From NCBI GenBank assembly GCA_025774605.1, contig JALGVR010000007.1:1-54845 (forward strand): DNA of 54,845 bases. The letters are read 5' to 3'. This DNA is from a bacterium. GTDB lineage: Bacteria > Electryoneota > AABM5-125-24 > Hatepunaeales > Hatepunaeaceae. Of the stretch, positions 1 through 9,811 are shown in pieces. The translations under genes and the position numbers were made by a program. Positions within the stretch are counted from its first letter, which is position 1. The number at the start of each line of letters is the position of its first letter. Under the pieces are notes generated by a model. The model was not told the DNA's origin, did no database searches, and saw only the letters and a program-made list of their open reading frames with translations.

Positions 1-111
1 GACGGTGAATACGTCATACGGGGACGCTTCCGGGCGACCTACTCCTCGCGCGAGTACTTCTCACGGGATGTCAGCACCCGGTTCAAACTTGAGTCGAAGC
101 AGTCCCGGTAA
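1..111 (+). CDS. 3' end of a CDS running in from the left edge (partial, unknown product)
   Basis: Frame 1 is open from base 1 to TAA at 109-111 (DGEYVIRGRFRATYSSREYFSRDVSTRFKLESKQSR*) with coding-like codon use. Confidence 0.45.
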   Translation, partial: DGEYVIRGRFRATYSSREYFSRDVSTRFKLESKQSR

Positions 112-192
112 CCGTTCTATATATCGACAGCCATGTTTACTCGTGGATAATCGTAAAGTGGGCATAAACAGCCGTGTGTCATTCCTGCGAAG

Positions 193-348
193 CAGTCTGT
201 CTGAGAATGAGAAAAACGCACCAAACCTCATCATTCCATCGAAAGATGGAATCCAGTAACTCCCGCAATATCAGCAAGTTCTCTGGATTCCAACCCCCGC
301 GTCCGCGAGGGCATGCTTTCGTTGGAATGATGAATCTCGAGACAATTT
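193..348 (+). mobile_element. Partial copy of the MITE at 28490-28664 (one TIR plus internal REP doublet)
   Basis: Highly similar to the reverse complement of 28509-28664; starts with TIR CAGTCTGTCTGAGAAT (193-208) and diverges after GAGACAATTT, so the second TIR is missing. Confidence 0.8.
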
Positions 349-374
349 CCATATTGAGGATCCTGAAGACGACC

Positions 375-770
375 TCAGGAGTGATCGATCAGCTCATCCA
401 CGTTAACCGACCTCCGCCAGTCATTGAACACGCTGTCGCCGGCTTCTATTCTCACGGTGGTATCGGGATCGGAGAGCGAATCCAGCTTCTCATTCTCCAC
501 GATTATCCTGGCTTCAACGATGTAATTGACCGTCATCAGGATGTTGATGCTTTCGAGTCCATGTCTGCCCCTCCTGGGCAGGGAACGAAGCTGCTGATAG
601 GAGAACCGACGCGGCGGGCTGACGGAGAACATATAGGCTGTGGTTACCGAATCGATGGAGTCCTTGAAGTCGTTGTGAACTGAAAGATAAGCATGACCAT
701 CGCTTTCCAGCTCTTCGCAGATCGACCGTAACAGGAACCTCGATATCCGGAATTCTTTTCGATAGGACAT
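375..770 (-). CDS. Hypothetical protein (131 aa)
   Basis: ATG preceded by GGGTGA; protein-like composition; the overlapping + strand ORF reads as an antisense shadow. Confidence 0.55.
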   Translation of the reverse strand: MSYRKEFRISRFLLRSICEELESDGHAYLSVHNDFKDSIDSVTTAYMFSVSPPRRFSYQQLRSLPRRGRHGLESINILMTVNYIVEARIIVENEKLDSLSDPDTTVRIEAGDSVFNDWRRSVNVDELIDHS

Positions 771-1186
771 ATATCACCCAACTGAAGCCGATGAAACCGG
801 TCTGAATGCGTAGATCAAGCAAACAACGTACCATTTCTTCGCTGGAACTGCGGACACGAAATGTCCGGGCGGATACTTTTCCGTTGACGGGATCATAATA
901 AGTTCGTATATTGTGTAAAATTATCGTTATGTAGACTAATCGAAGAATCCCTGACATCTATCACAACCTTCGTCTCCTTAACCAGATTGTTCTTTTTTAG
1001 CATACGGATTTCAACCTTTTTGGGTAAATAATCAATAAAAAACCTTTAATAACCGTTATACTGATCTTCGCAATCCATTTTTCTCCCACGAACGAGTCGC
1101 TGGCTGGAACGGGGATCAGGCGGGGATCGAAATTCCTGAATGTCTATCCGGAGACGGCTTCAACCCGGCGCGTCGCGCCGACCGAG

Positions 1187-3931
1187 TTGCTGACCGGTGC
1201 AGGATTGGGAGAGATGGCGGCGAAGGGAGGGCTGCGAGCGGAGACGGTCTCAAGCTCCCGTTACGGCTCGACAACGCGTTACCGTCAGTACTACCGTGGT
1301 ATTCCGGTCATCGGCGGATCGGTTGTCGTTCGTCTCACTGCAGAAGGTTCGCCGCGCCTCGTCGCCGGATCGGTCGCACGCTGGATCAAGGACGCCGAAC
1401 CGGTCTATAATATCTCCCGCGAAAAGGCGATCAATATAGCCTGCCGGCATATCAGTCCGGCGTCGCTGCGCGGCGATATTTACACATATAGAGCCGTCCT
1501 GCCGCGGGGTGGTCGACCGCGGTTCATCTGGAGGGTTGACATTGCGGCGCGGGATCCTTTAGGCGATTGGGAGGTTTTTATCGACGGCGCCGACGGCGGA
1601 ATAATCCAGGTGGAAAACAGGCTGTGTTATCTGAACGGAAGCGGCCTGGTCTTCGATCCTGACCCGGTAACCGCCACCGGCGACACCACGCTGGAGGATG
1701 ACGACGACGCCGCGCGGGCTGTTCCGGGTGAGGCTTACAGCGAGGTCGATCTTCCGGATATCAGCATGGAAGACGACCGTTACGTCCTGACCGGTCCCTG
1801 GGCTGACACATCACCAACCGACAACCGCGCCCGCATCGCCGAAGCGGATTTCTCCTTCGACCGCGAAGACGACCGGTTCGAGGAGGTAATGGCGTATTAT
1901 CACATCGACCGGCAGGCTCGCTATGTCCGGTCGCTCGGCTTCGACGAACTGCCTCCTTCCCCACAGCGTTTCGATGTCAACGGAATCGAGGAGGACATGT
2001 CGTTCTTCAGCCCGCATACCGGCATAATAACCACCGGCAGCGGCGGCGTGGACGACGCCGAGGACGCCGACATCCTGCTCCATGAATACGGCCATGCCCT
2101 GATGCAGCGGATCCTCGCCGACCGGCGCGGCGGTGACACGGGTCTGCTCGCTGAAGGCTGGTGCGATTACCTTGCCGGCGACTGGTCGCTGGCGGTCAAT
2201 CCCGATTTCCAACCGTTTATCCTGTTCAACTGGGACGGTCACAACGAGTTCTGGGCGGGACGCGTGCTCGACAGTGACCTGGCCTATCCCGAGGCTGTCG
2301 AACTGGAGTCACACGAGGGCGGCCAGATGTGGTCGTCGCTGCTGACCGAGATCAGGCTCGCCGCTGAGAGCCGCGATATCTGGAACAGCGTGGTCATCGA
2401 TCACCTGTATTCGCTCACCGACAGCGCAACGGTTCCCGAAGCGGCGGCGGCGCTGTTGGAGAGCGATCTCCGGATCGCCGACGGCGTCTTCCGCCAGCTT
2501 ATCGTGGACTGCTGCGAGGCGAGGGAGATAATTCCGCCCGGGATGTTCAGCCCCAGGATGTCGCACCAGCCGCTCGGCGACACGGAGAACGTCAACCTGT
2601 CCCGGCGCGCCCGGGTGTTCATCCACTCACGGCTCCCTTTGAACCCGGACGAGCTGTGGCTTGTTTACCGTCTCAACGACGGCGCACCGGACAGTCTCCC
2701 GCTTCGCTCCGTGCGGGAACGCGGCGACCTGTTCCAGGCGTTTCTGCCCGCGCCGCGCCTTCCATCCGATCTGCACTATTACTTCACGGCGGCCGATACG
2801 TGCGGCGTCTTTTCCACTCAACCGGCGGGGGCGCCGTTCGAGACATACAGCTTCCATGCAGGACCCGATTTAGTTCCACCGCTGATCGTCGAAGTTGATT
2901 CTCTGCCGGAGTCGATCTTTCTTGACGGTGAGATTGTCGCCGGCGCCGTGGTAACCGACAATATCACCGTGGGCACGGTCAGCCTGATCTGGTACTGGGG
3001 ACGCATGGAGCCGGGCGGGATTGTGACACTCCAGCCGGCGCAGTGGGATTCGTCCCTGTACACCGGTCGTCTGCACTGGTCGGTCGAGGAATACGGTGAA
3101 ATCCATTACATGATCACCGCCGTCGACGCTTCGGCGGCCGGTAATACAACCTCCAGCCGGGTCAGCAGCTTCGCGTTGCATTCAGAGGCGCTGGTGGACG
3201 ACTTCGAGAGGGACGACAGACGCTGGATACCGCGGGACTGGCGCCGGGTGAGCGGTGCAGCCGCGCTGGGTGAATACTGTTACGCGGATCGTTGCGACAG
3301 CCTGGCTTTCATGCCGCCGCGCGAGGCTGTTGCGGAGGTGGACGAAAACTGGGACTTCTCACGCTTCGAGCGCGCCCGCTTGAGATTCTGGGAAATCCAC
3401 GATCTCGACGCCGATGAGGGTGAATTCGGAGTGGTTGAGGCAAGGGAGATCGATGGTGACGGCTGGCTGGAACTGGCGCATTTCACGGGGTCCCAGGGAT
3501 GGTGGCGGCAGAGAACCATTGACCTGTCGGAGTACTGCGCGGGAAGATCCGCGCCGGTACGCGTGCGCTTCCGCACCCATACACCCCAGGGAGCGGAATA
3601 CTCAGGCGGTTGGCGGATCGACCGGTTGACACTTCAAACCGATAATCTGGTGGACGCCGACGCCGCTTATGAGGTCAGACCCGGGGCGGGTTTCATCTCA
3701 TCACTCCGTCCCAATCCTACGAATAACAGGATTATTTTGAGCTATCGCATGTCAAAAAGCGGCTGTCTTGATCTCCTCGACATCTCGGGCAGAAAAGTGC
3801 TCAATTTACCGTTGCCGCGGGGAAGTCGGGATATTTCACTCAACCTGGACGGCTTGCCCACAGGAACATACATGCTGCGCCTGACTTCCGACGGGACGAC
3901 AACAACGCAGCGCGTCGTCGTATTAAAATAG
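1187..3931 (+). CDS. Secreted M36/M4-like (fungalysin/thermolysin) zinc metallopeptidase with propeptide, beta-sandwich domains and a C-terminal sorting-like domain; true start probably near 1028-1031
   Basis: FTP/PepSY-like propeptide (YRQYYRGIPVIGG, WEVFIDGADG), HEYGH zinc motif plus downstream E (LAEGWCDY), C-terminal PNP...SGRKV...GTYMLRL motif. Confidence 0.85.
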   Translation: MLTGAGLGEMAAKGGLRAETVSSSRYGSTTRYRQYYRGIPVIGGSVVVRLTAEGSPRLVAGSVARWIKDAEPVYNISREKAINIACRHISPASLRGDIYTYRAVLPRGGRPRFIWRVDIAARDPLGDWEVFIDGADGGIIQVENRLCYLNGSGLVFDPDPVTATGDTTLEDDDDAARAVPGEAYSEVDLPDISMEDDRYVLTGPWADTSPTDNRARIAEADFSFDREDDRFEEVMAYYHIDRQARYVRSLGFDELPPSPQRFDVNGIEEDMSFFSPHTGIITTGSGGVDDAEDADILLHEYGHALMQRILADRRGGDTGLLAEGWCDYLAGDWSLAVNPDFQPFILFNWDGHNEFWAGRVLDSDLAYPEAVELESHEGGQMWSSLLTEIRLAAESRDIWNSVVIDHLYSLTDSATVPEAAAALLESDLRIADGVFRQLIVDCCEAREIIPPGMFSPRMSHQPLGDTENVNLSRRARVFIHSRLPLNPDELWLVYRLNDGAPDSLPLRSVRERGDLFQAFLPAPRLPSDLHYYFTAADTCGVFSTQPAGAPFETYSFHAGPDLVPPLIVEVDSLPESIFLDGEIVAGAVVTDNITVGTVSLIWYWGRMEPGGIVTLQPAQWDSSLYTGRLHWSVEEYGEIHYMITAVDASAAGNTTSSRVSSFALHSEALVDDFERDDRRWIPRDWRRVSGAAALGEYCYADRCDSLAFMPPREAVAEVDENWDFSRFERARLRFWEIHDLDADEGEFGVVEAREIDGDGWLELAHFTGSQGWWRQRTIDLSEYCAGRSAPVRVRFRTHTPQGAEYSGGWRIDRLTLQTDNLVDADAAYEVRPGAGFISSLRPNPTNNRIILSYRMSKSGCLDLLDISGRKVLNLPLPRGSRDISLNLDGLPTGTYMLRLTSDGTTTTQRVVVLK

Positions 3932-3952
3932 ATGAACACTCCCAGCTCGAAA

Positions 3953-4138
3953 CACGGGTAACAGGTTACCCGTGCCACACCCCGTGCCACACACTGGATC
4001 CCCGCCCGTGCGGGGAAGGACTCGCTCAGACAAGAGTGTCCGAGCTCCCCGTTACATTCCTGGAGGGCGGACATTCCTGTCCGCCCGGGCGGTTGTATTG
4101 CGGCGGTTTCAGGGCGGACGGGAATGTCCGCCCTCCAA
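3953..4138. repeat. Cluster of different REP-like palindromes
   Basis: CACGGGTAAC/GTTACCCGTG hairpin with duplicated CCCGTGCCACAC; reversed GTC-type REP 3994-4021; inverted pair GGAGGGCGGACATTCC...GGAATGTCCGCCCTCC 4062-4136. Confidence 0.8.
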
Positions 4139-4212
4139 GCCCAAATATAAAGCGCGCCATTTAATAAAGTACTGCTAGCAAGCTGATCTGGGCGGGGCTT
4201 TTCGGCATCGCC

Positions 4213-4806
4213 ATGGGTTACTTCGAAGCGGCGCTGGTTGAATATCTCCGGGAGCTGTACTATCCCGACGGCTTTACGTTCCCGCTGTGTGATATACCGG
4301 TCAAGTTCCTGCTGATCGAGCTCGGACGCGAGGCTGCCAGCCTGCTGATGCTCGCCTCCGTCGCGGCGCTGATCGGCTCGGGTTTCATCGACCGCTTCGC
4401 CGGGTTTGCCTTTGTCTTCGGTGTCTGGGATATATCGTATTACCTGTTCCTCAAATTGTTCGAGGATTGGCCCCCCTCCATCTTTACCGTCGACCTCCTG
4501 TTTCTTATTCCCCTCCCCTGGGTCGGACCGGTCTGGGCGCCGGTCCTGGTTTCGGTTGCGCTTATCTGGGCGGCAGTCTGCGTCTGGCGCGATCTGGACA
4601 GGGGCATTGCCGTAAAGCTCACCACCGTCGAATGGGCGCTTGAAATCCTGTCGGGATTGATCATCATAGCTTCATTCCTGGCGGCGGCGCCCTCGGTCTT
4701 GTTGAAGGGAATGCCTCCACCCTATCAGTGGTACTCCTGGCTGTTCGGGATGATGATCGGTGTAACAATTTTCCTGCGCGCCCGCCGCCGCGCTCGCCGC
4801 CTTTGA
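4213..4806 (+). CDS. Hypothetical multi-pass membrane protein
   Basis: Several hydrophobic helices; motifs AMGYFEAALVEYLR, FGVWDISYY, DLLFLIPLPWVGPVWAP; frame is open upstream to 4168. Confidence 0.75.
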   Translation: MGYFEAALVEYLRELYYPDGFTFPLCDIPVKFLLIELGREAASLLMLASVAALIGSGFIDRFAGFAFVFGVWDISYYLFLKLFEDWPPSIFTVDLLFLIPLPWVGPVWAPVLVSVALIWAAVCVWRDLDRGIAVKLTTVEWALEILSGLIIIASFLAAAPSVLLKGMPPPYQWYSWLFGMMIGVTIFLRARRRARRL

Positions 4807-4898
4807 AGTTTGTGAAATATTTCGTATATTTTTAGCTTGATTTTCCCGGGTATAACGTACAACCAATACACAGAATCCAGATCCTCAAACTGAAAACG

Positions 4899-5978
4899 AT
4901 GCCTGGTAAGGAAGTACTGATAGTCATCAATCCCGGCTCCACCTCCACCAAGTTCGCGCTCTGGAGCCGCGATGGATGCGTTGTCGAAAGAGTCGTGCGG
5001 CACGATGCCGCCCAGCTCGCCCGCAAGGTCGCCGACCAGTTCGATTACCGCCTCGGCTTGATCGACCGCGAGCTTGAATCTTTGATCGACAGTGTCGAGG
5101 TCGTCGGCGTCGTCGGTCGCGGTGGCCCGTTAAGACCTTTGGAGGGTGGAACATACACGGTCAACGACGCGATGCTGAATGACCTGAGGTCGTCTCGTTA
5201 TTCCAATCACGCCAGCAACCTCGGCGCAATGCTTGCGGATCATTACGCTCGACGTTTCGGCGTCAAGGCTTATATCGTCGATCCCGTCACTACCGACGAA
5301 TTGGATGATGTGGCGCGTCTTTCAGGCGTACCGTGGATCGAACGCAAAAGCCGCGCTCATGTTCTGAACATCAAGGCGGTGGTGCGCCGCGCCTGTGCGG
5401 AATTGAGCGTGGACATTCATGATTCCAGATTCGTCGTCGCCCATCTCGGCGGGGGCATCTCTGTTGCGGCGGTCGACAGGTACCGCATTGCGGACGTCAA
5501 TGATGCCCTGCACGGCATGGGCCCGTATTCGCCCGAGCGCGCCGGCGCGCTGCCGATCGGACCGCTGGTCGAACGCTGCTTCAGCGGCGAGGTCACCAGA
5601 CAGGAGCTGCTTGACGAGCTGGCGCGCAACGCGGGACTTAAGGGTTATCTGGGAACCTCGGATGTGCGCGAGGTTCTGAAGCGCATCGGGGAAGCCGACA
5701 GAAAAGCCGACCTGGCGCTGCGCGGCATGATCTACCAGACCGCCAAGGAGATCGGCGCCGCGGCGTCCGCCCTCGAGGGCGGATTCGATGCGGTAATCCT
5801 TACGGGCGGCCTGACGCAATCGGACGAGATCGTCAACATGCTCAAGAAATATATTTCATTCCTGGGAAAGGTGCTGGTCTTCCCCGGTGAGGGAGAATTG
5901 CAGGCTTTGGCGGAAGGCGGATTCCGCGTGCTGGACGGACAGGAGAACGCGCTGGAATATGTCAACCCGCATGTTTGA
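4899..5978 (+). CDS. buk: Butyrate kinase / branched-chain carboxylate kinase
   Basis: INPGSTSTK, VGRGG, HASNLG, HLGGGISV motifs of the acetate/butyrate kinase family. Confidence 0.93.
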   Translation: MPGKEVLIVINPGSTSTKFALWSRDGCVVERVVRHDAAQLARKVADQFDYRLGLIDRELESLIDSVEVVGVVGRGGPLRPLEGGTYTVNDAMLNDLRSSRYSNHASNLGAMLADHYARRFGVKAYIVDPVTTDELDDVARLSGVPWIERKSRAHVLNIKAVVRRACAELSVDIHDSRFVVAHLGGGISVAAVDRYRIADVNDALHGMGPYSPERAGALPIGPLVERCFSGEVTRQELLDELARNAGLKGYLGTSDVREVLKRIGEADRKADLALRGMIYQTAKEIGAAASALEGGFDAVILTGGLTQSDEIVNMLKKYISFLGKVLVFPGEGELQALAEGGFRVLDGQENALEYVNPHV

Positions 5979-6046
5979 CTGTTGCGTTGCATCGAAGTGA
6001 AGAAACGGTAAACTGTTCAATACATCTATGAAGAAACGGTAAATAT

Positions 6047-7876
6047 ATGGGAAAGATAAAACAACTGCCCGAGATAAAGGAGCCGACACGCATGCTGCTG
6101 TCGGGAAATGAAGCGATCGCCCTGGGGGCGCGCGAAGCCGGCGTCTATTTTGCTTCCGCCTATCCCGGTACGCCTTCAACAGAAATACTGGAGACCTTCG
6201 CAAGGTTGCCCGGGGTTATTGCTCAGTGGGCGCCCAATGAAAAGGTGGCCTTCGAGACCGGCATCGGCGCGGCGTTGGCCGGCGCACGGACGATGGTCTG
6301 CATGAAGCATGTCGGCGTCAACGTGGCCATGGACCCGCTGATGACCTTCGCCTACACCGGAACGGTCGCCGGATTCGTCCTGGTCTCCGCCGATGATCCG
6401 GAGATGCACTCGTCGCAGAACGAACAGGACAACCGGATACTGGCTCGTTTCGCCAAGATCCCGATGCTCGAACCATCGGATTCGCGTGAGGCGCATGATT
6501 TCTTCAAACTCGCCATGGCAATATCCGAGAAGTTCGAAACGCCGGTGATGCTGCGCGTAACCACCCGCATCTCGCACGCCAAGGGGATCGTTGAACTCGA
6601 AACATGGCCTGTTCCCGATGTCGGTGGATTCAAGAGGGACCCGGACAGATTCGTCATGGTACCCGAGTATGCCCGGCGCAGGCATCATGAGGTGGAATCA
6701 AGGCTTGCGCAGCTCAGAAGCTTCAGCGAGAAAATGCCGATTAATCGCGCCGAACCCGGCCAGGGAGCGATCGGCATCGTCACCGGAGGCATCTCCTACC
6801 AGCACGTCCGGGAAATCATGCCCGGGGCGAAGATATTCAAGGTCGGGATGTCCAACCCGATGCCGCTCGACTCGATACGCAAGTTCGCCGGAACTGTGGA
6901 CAGACTGATCGTCGTGGAGGAGCTCGAGCCGTACTACGAGGAGCAGATCAACGCGGCGGGCATCAAGTGTGAAGGCAAGCGGTTCTTCCCCGTCGAGGGA
7001 GAGCTCAACCCGGAGATAGTCGCACGGGGCTTGCACGAAGCCGGGGTTCTTGATGATCACCTGCCCAGGCTGCACCCGGTCGATGTTGATGTCCTGCCAC
7101 GCCCGCCGGTGCTCTGTTCCGGCTGCCCGCACCGCACGGTATTCAGCGCGCTCAAGAAGATTAAGGCGGACGTTTTCGGTGATATCGGCTGTTACACGCT
7201 CGGGGCATTGAAGCCGTTGAATGCACTGCACACCTGCATCTGCATGGGGGCGTCGATAGGAATGGCTTCGGGAGTACAACAGGTCGGCGGATCCAGGCAT
7301 CCGGTCGTCGCGGTGATCGGCGATTCCACCTTCCTCCATTCGGGAATGACCGGCCTGCTCGATGCGGTTTACAACAAAGTTCCAGTGACCATCATAATTC
7401 TCGACAACCGCGCCACGGCAATGACCGGCGGTCAGCAGCACCCCGGAACCGGTCATACGCTGCAGGGCGAGGAGACGTTCGCCGTCGACTATGTCGAGCT
7501 TGCCAGGGCGCTTGGCGTCAAAAACATTCATTCCATCGATGCCTACGACCTGGACAATGTAATCAAGGTTGTCAAGGAGACCACATCCTCCGGCGAACCG
7601 TCCGTGATCCTCACCAGTCGCCCCTGCATGCTTTATCCGGTCAAGAAACAACCCGAACCCTACAAGGTTGTGCTCGATGTCTGCAACGGCTGCGGCGCCT
7701 GCATCCGGATCGGCTGTCCGTCCATAATCACCATCGATGAGACCACCGAAAAAGGGTTGCACAAGGTGGAGATCGATCCCGAAACATGCACGGGCTGCCG
7801 GCTGTGCGTGCAGGTTTGTCCGGTTGACTGCATCATTCCGGTGAGCGAATCGGAGGTCGAGGTTGTGCAGGAGTGA
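6047..7876 (+). CDS. iorA: Indolepyruvate:ferredoxin oxidoreductase alpha subunit
   Basis: GNEAIA, YPGTPSTE, NEKVAFE, RPPVLCSGCPH, GDSTFLHSG TPP motif and a C-terminal 2x[4Fe-4S] ferredoxin. Confidence 0.93.
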   Translation: MGKIKQLPEIKEPTRMLLSGNEAIALGAREAGVYFASAYPGTPSTEILETFARLPGVIAQWAPNEKVAFETGIGAALAGARTMVCMKHVGVNVAMDPLMTFAYTGTVAGFVLVSADDPEMHSSQNEQDNRILARFAKIPMLEPSDSREAHDFFKLAMAISEKFETPVMLRVTTRISHAKGIVELETWPVPDVGGFKRDPDRFVMVPEYARRRHHEVESRLAQLRSFSEKMPINRAEPGQGAIGIVTGGISYQHVREIMPGAKIFKVGMSNPMPLDSIRKFAGTVDRLIVVEELEPYYEEQINAAGIKCEGKRFFPVEGELNPEIVARGLHEAGVLDDHLPRLHPVDVDVLPRPPVLCSGCPHRTVFSALKKIKADVFGDIGCYTLGALKPLNALHTCICMGASIGMASGVQQVGGSRHPVVAVIGDSTFLHSGMTGLLDAVYNKVPVTIIILDNRATAMTGGQQHPGTGHTLQGEETFAVDYVELARALGVKNIHSIDAYDLDNVIKVVKETTSSGEPSVILTSRPCMLYPVKKQPEPYKVVLDVCNGCGACIRIGCPSIITIDETTEKGLHKVEIDPETCTGCRLCVQVCPVDCIIPVSESEVEVVQE

Positions 7877-8007
7877 ATGCGCAAACACGGGGATTGCGCG
7901 GCATCGGGCGGCATCGCCTGACACCTGTGCCGATATTGTCCACATATATCAGGATCAACCGTTTGAAAGCTCAAAGGATTGCTCCAAGAAGCCTCCGGTT
8001 GCCTTAA

Positions 8008-8823
8008 TTGCTGACCAATAAAACCAATAGGCATCAGGGAACCGCGCTGATCACCGGCGCCTCGGAGGGCATCGGTTCTGAACTGGCGGGAATCATGGCT
8101 GCCGACGGGTGGGACCTGGCGATTACCGCACGCCGCGGGGAGTTGCTCGATCGACTTGCCGACGAACTCACCGGCAGGTACGCACAACGTGTCGAGGTGA
8201 TACCGGCCGATCTTGCCAGGCCGGAGGCGCCGGATGAGATCTTCGGGCGGCTGTCTGGAAAGGGAATAACCATTGAAGCTCTGGTGAACAATGCCGGCGT
8301 GGGCTATTACGGCGAATTCATCCGGCAGGATCTTAACCGCATCCTTGACATGATCAGCCTGAACATCGGGGGACTCGTCAGGCTCTCGCACATCTTCCAG
8401 CGGGACATGGTCAGGCGCGGTCGGGGGCGGATCATGAATGTCGCGTCGCTGGTCTCCTTTACGGCCATGCCGCTGCACGCCGTCTATGCCGCGACCAAGG
8501 CATTCACGCTGAGCTTCAGTGAAGCGCAGGCTCGTGAACTTCGGGGAACGGGCGTAACGGTCACCGCCCTCTGCCCGGGTTTCACGCGCTCGGGCTTTTA
8601 CAGGGCTGCGGGGGGTGAAGGTCGGGCGAGGTCCGCGTTCGGCTTGATGTCAGCGCGGTCGGTGGCGCGCATCGGTTACCGCGCCATGATGAAGGGCAGG
8701 TTAATTGTCATCGCCGGCGGCTCCAACAAGCTGATGGCGTTCAGTACGCGTCTGGTCCCGCGAAGAATCACCGGACTTGGCGCGTTCACAATCATGAAAC
8801 AACTTTTACGGAAAGCTCGATAA
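8008..8823 (+). CDS. Short-chain dehydrogenase/reductase (classical SDR)
   Basis: TGASEGIG, NNAG, YAATK; stop overlaps the iorB start (TAATG). Confidence 0.9.
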   Translation: MLTNKTNRHQGTALITGASEGIGSELAGIMAADGWDLAITARRGELLDRLADELTGRYAQRVEVIPADLARPEAPDEIFGRLSGKGITIEALVNNAGVGYYGEFIRQDLNRILDMISLNIGGLVRLSHIFQRDMVRRGRGRIMNVASLVSFTAMPLHAVYAATKAFTLSFSEAQARELRGTGVTVTALCPGFTRSGFYRAAGGEGRARSAFGLMSARSVARIGYRAMMKGRLIVIAGGSNKLMAFSTRLVPRRITGLGAFTIMKQLLRKAR

Positions 8824-9422
8824 TGTCCGAAAAAACATACAGCATTCTCATCGTCGGCGTCGGCGGACAGGGTGTAATACTGGCTTCAGAACTGCTCTCT
8901 GAAGCCGCCATGAACGCCGGTCTCGACGTCAAGAAGTCGGAAGTTCACGGCATGTCGCAGCGCGGAGGCGTGGTCTCCAGTCATGTCCGCTTCGGGAAGA
9001 AGGTCTATTCTCCGCTGATCCCCGCCGGCAGCGCCGATGTCGTTCTTGCCTTCGAAGCGGCTGAAGGTCTGCGCTGGGCTGGTCAGGTGAAGAATGACGG
9101 GCTGCTGGTCGTCAACACTCAGCGGATTATCCCGCCGGTCGCCTTCACCAGGGAGTACGACTACCCTGACGACCCGATCGGGGAAGCCGTTAAATGCGCG
9201 GCGCGCGTTCGGCCGATCGACGGACAGGGAATCGCGCTGAGGCTGGGCAACGTCAAGGCGGTCAACACCGTCCTGTTGGGCGCTATATCGGGGGAACTGC
9301 CCATTTCCGGCGATATCTGGGAGGCGGTCATAAAGCGCCGCGTGCCGCGCGGAACGGAGGAGATCAATCTCGCGGCTTTTCGAGCAGGCATCGAAGCGGT
9401 CAAGTCCGAAGCCGCGGTGTAA
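8823..9422 (+). CDS. iorB: Indolepyruvate:ferredoxin oxidoreductase beta subunit
   Basis: GVGGQGVILAS, EVHGMSQRGGVV, NTVLLG, NLAAF motifs. Confidence 0.93.
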   Translation: MSEKTYSILIVGVGGQGVILASELLSEAAMNAGLDVKKSEVHGMSQRGGVVSSHVRFGKKVYSPLIPAGSADVVLAFEAAEGLRWAGQVKNDGLLVVNTQRIIPPVAFTREYDYPDDPIGEAVKCAARVRPIDGQGIALRLGNVKAVNTVLLGAISGELPISGDIWEAVIKRRVPRGTEEINLAAFRAGIEAVKSEAAV

Positions 9423-9811
9423 CCGGACGGTCGTGCGAAAGTTAACAGGGGGACAACTGCTTGCGTCTGTCGCCGTTCGCCTTCCGCGAACAGCCTCCTT
9501 TGCATCTGAAGCGCCAGCAACGTCCACCGATACACCGGGAAACGGGAGTGGATGACGATTGGCGTAGAATCTTGATAATTGAGGGAAATCTGTTTATATT
9601 TGTGGCAATTGGCAGACATGATATGCTGGAGAGGTTTGTTTGATTTAGTGGATGGGAGGTTTAAGTGATATAGTGGGGTGGGACTCCGTGCCCGCCCGCA
9701 TGTGTCATGATTGAGAACAGCCTGCCCGAGAATGCAATATCGTCAGGAAGAGACTTCAACTCACGCGTTACCGACAGGAACAAGGACTCAATTTCAAAGA
9801 TCTTTTCTCAC

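Noticed and set aside
174-683. Apparent paralogous proteins 174-683 and 28210-28680
   Set aside because: The similarity is confined to the shared MITE DNA; the rest is antisense to real genes
6698-7945. Long antisense ORFs (also 25709-26767, 7660-8478, 24784-25512, 28850-29578 and many shorter ones)
   Set aside because: Shadows of well-supported genes on the opposite strand, expected at high GC
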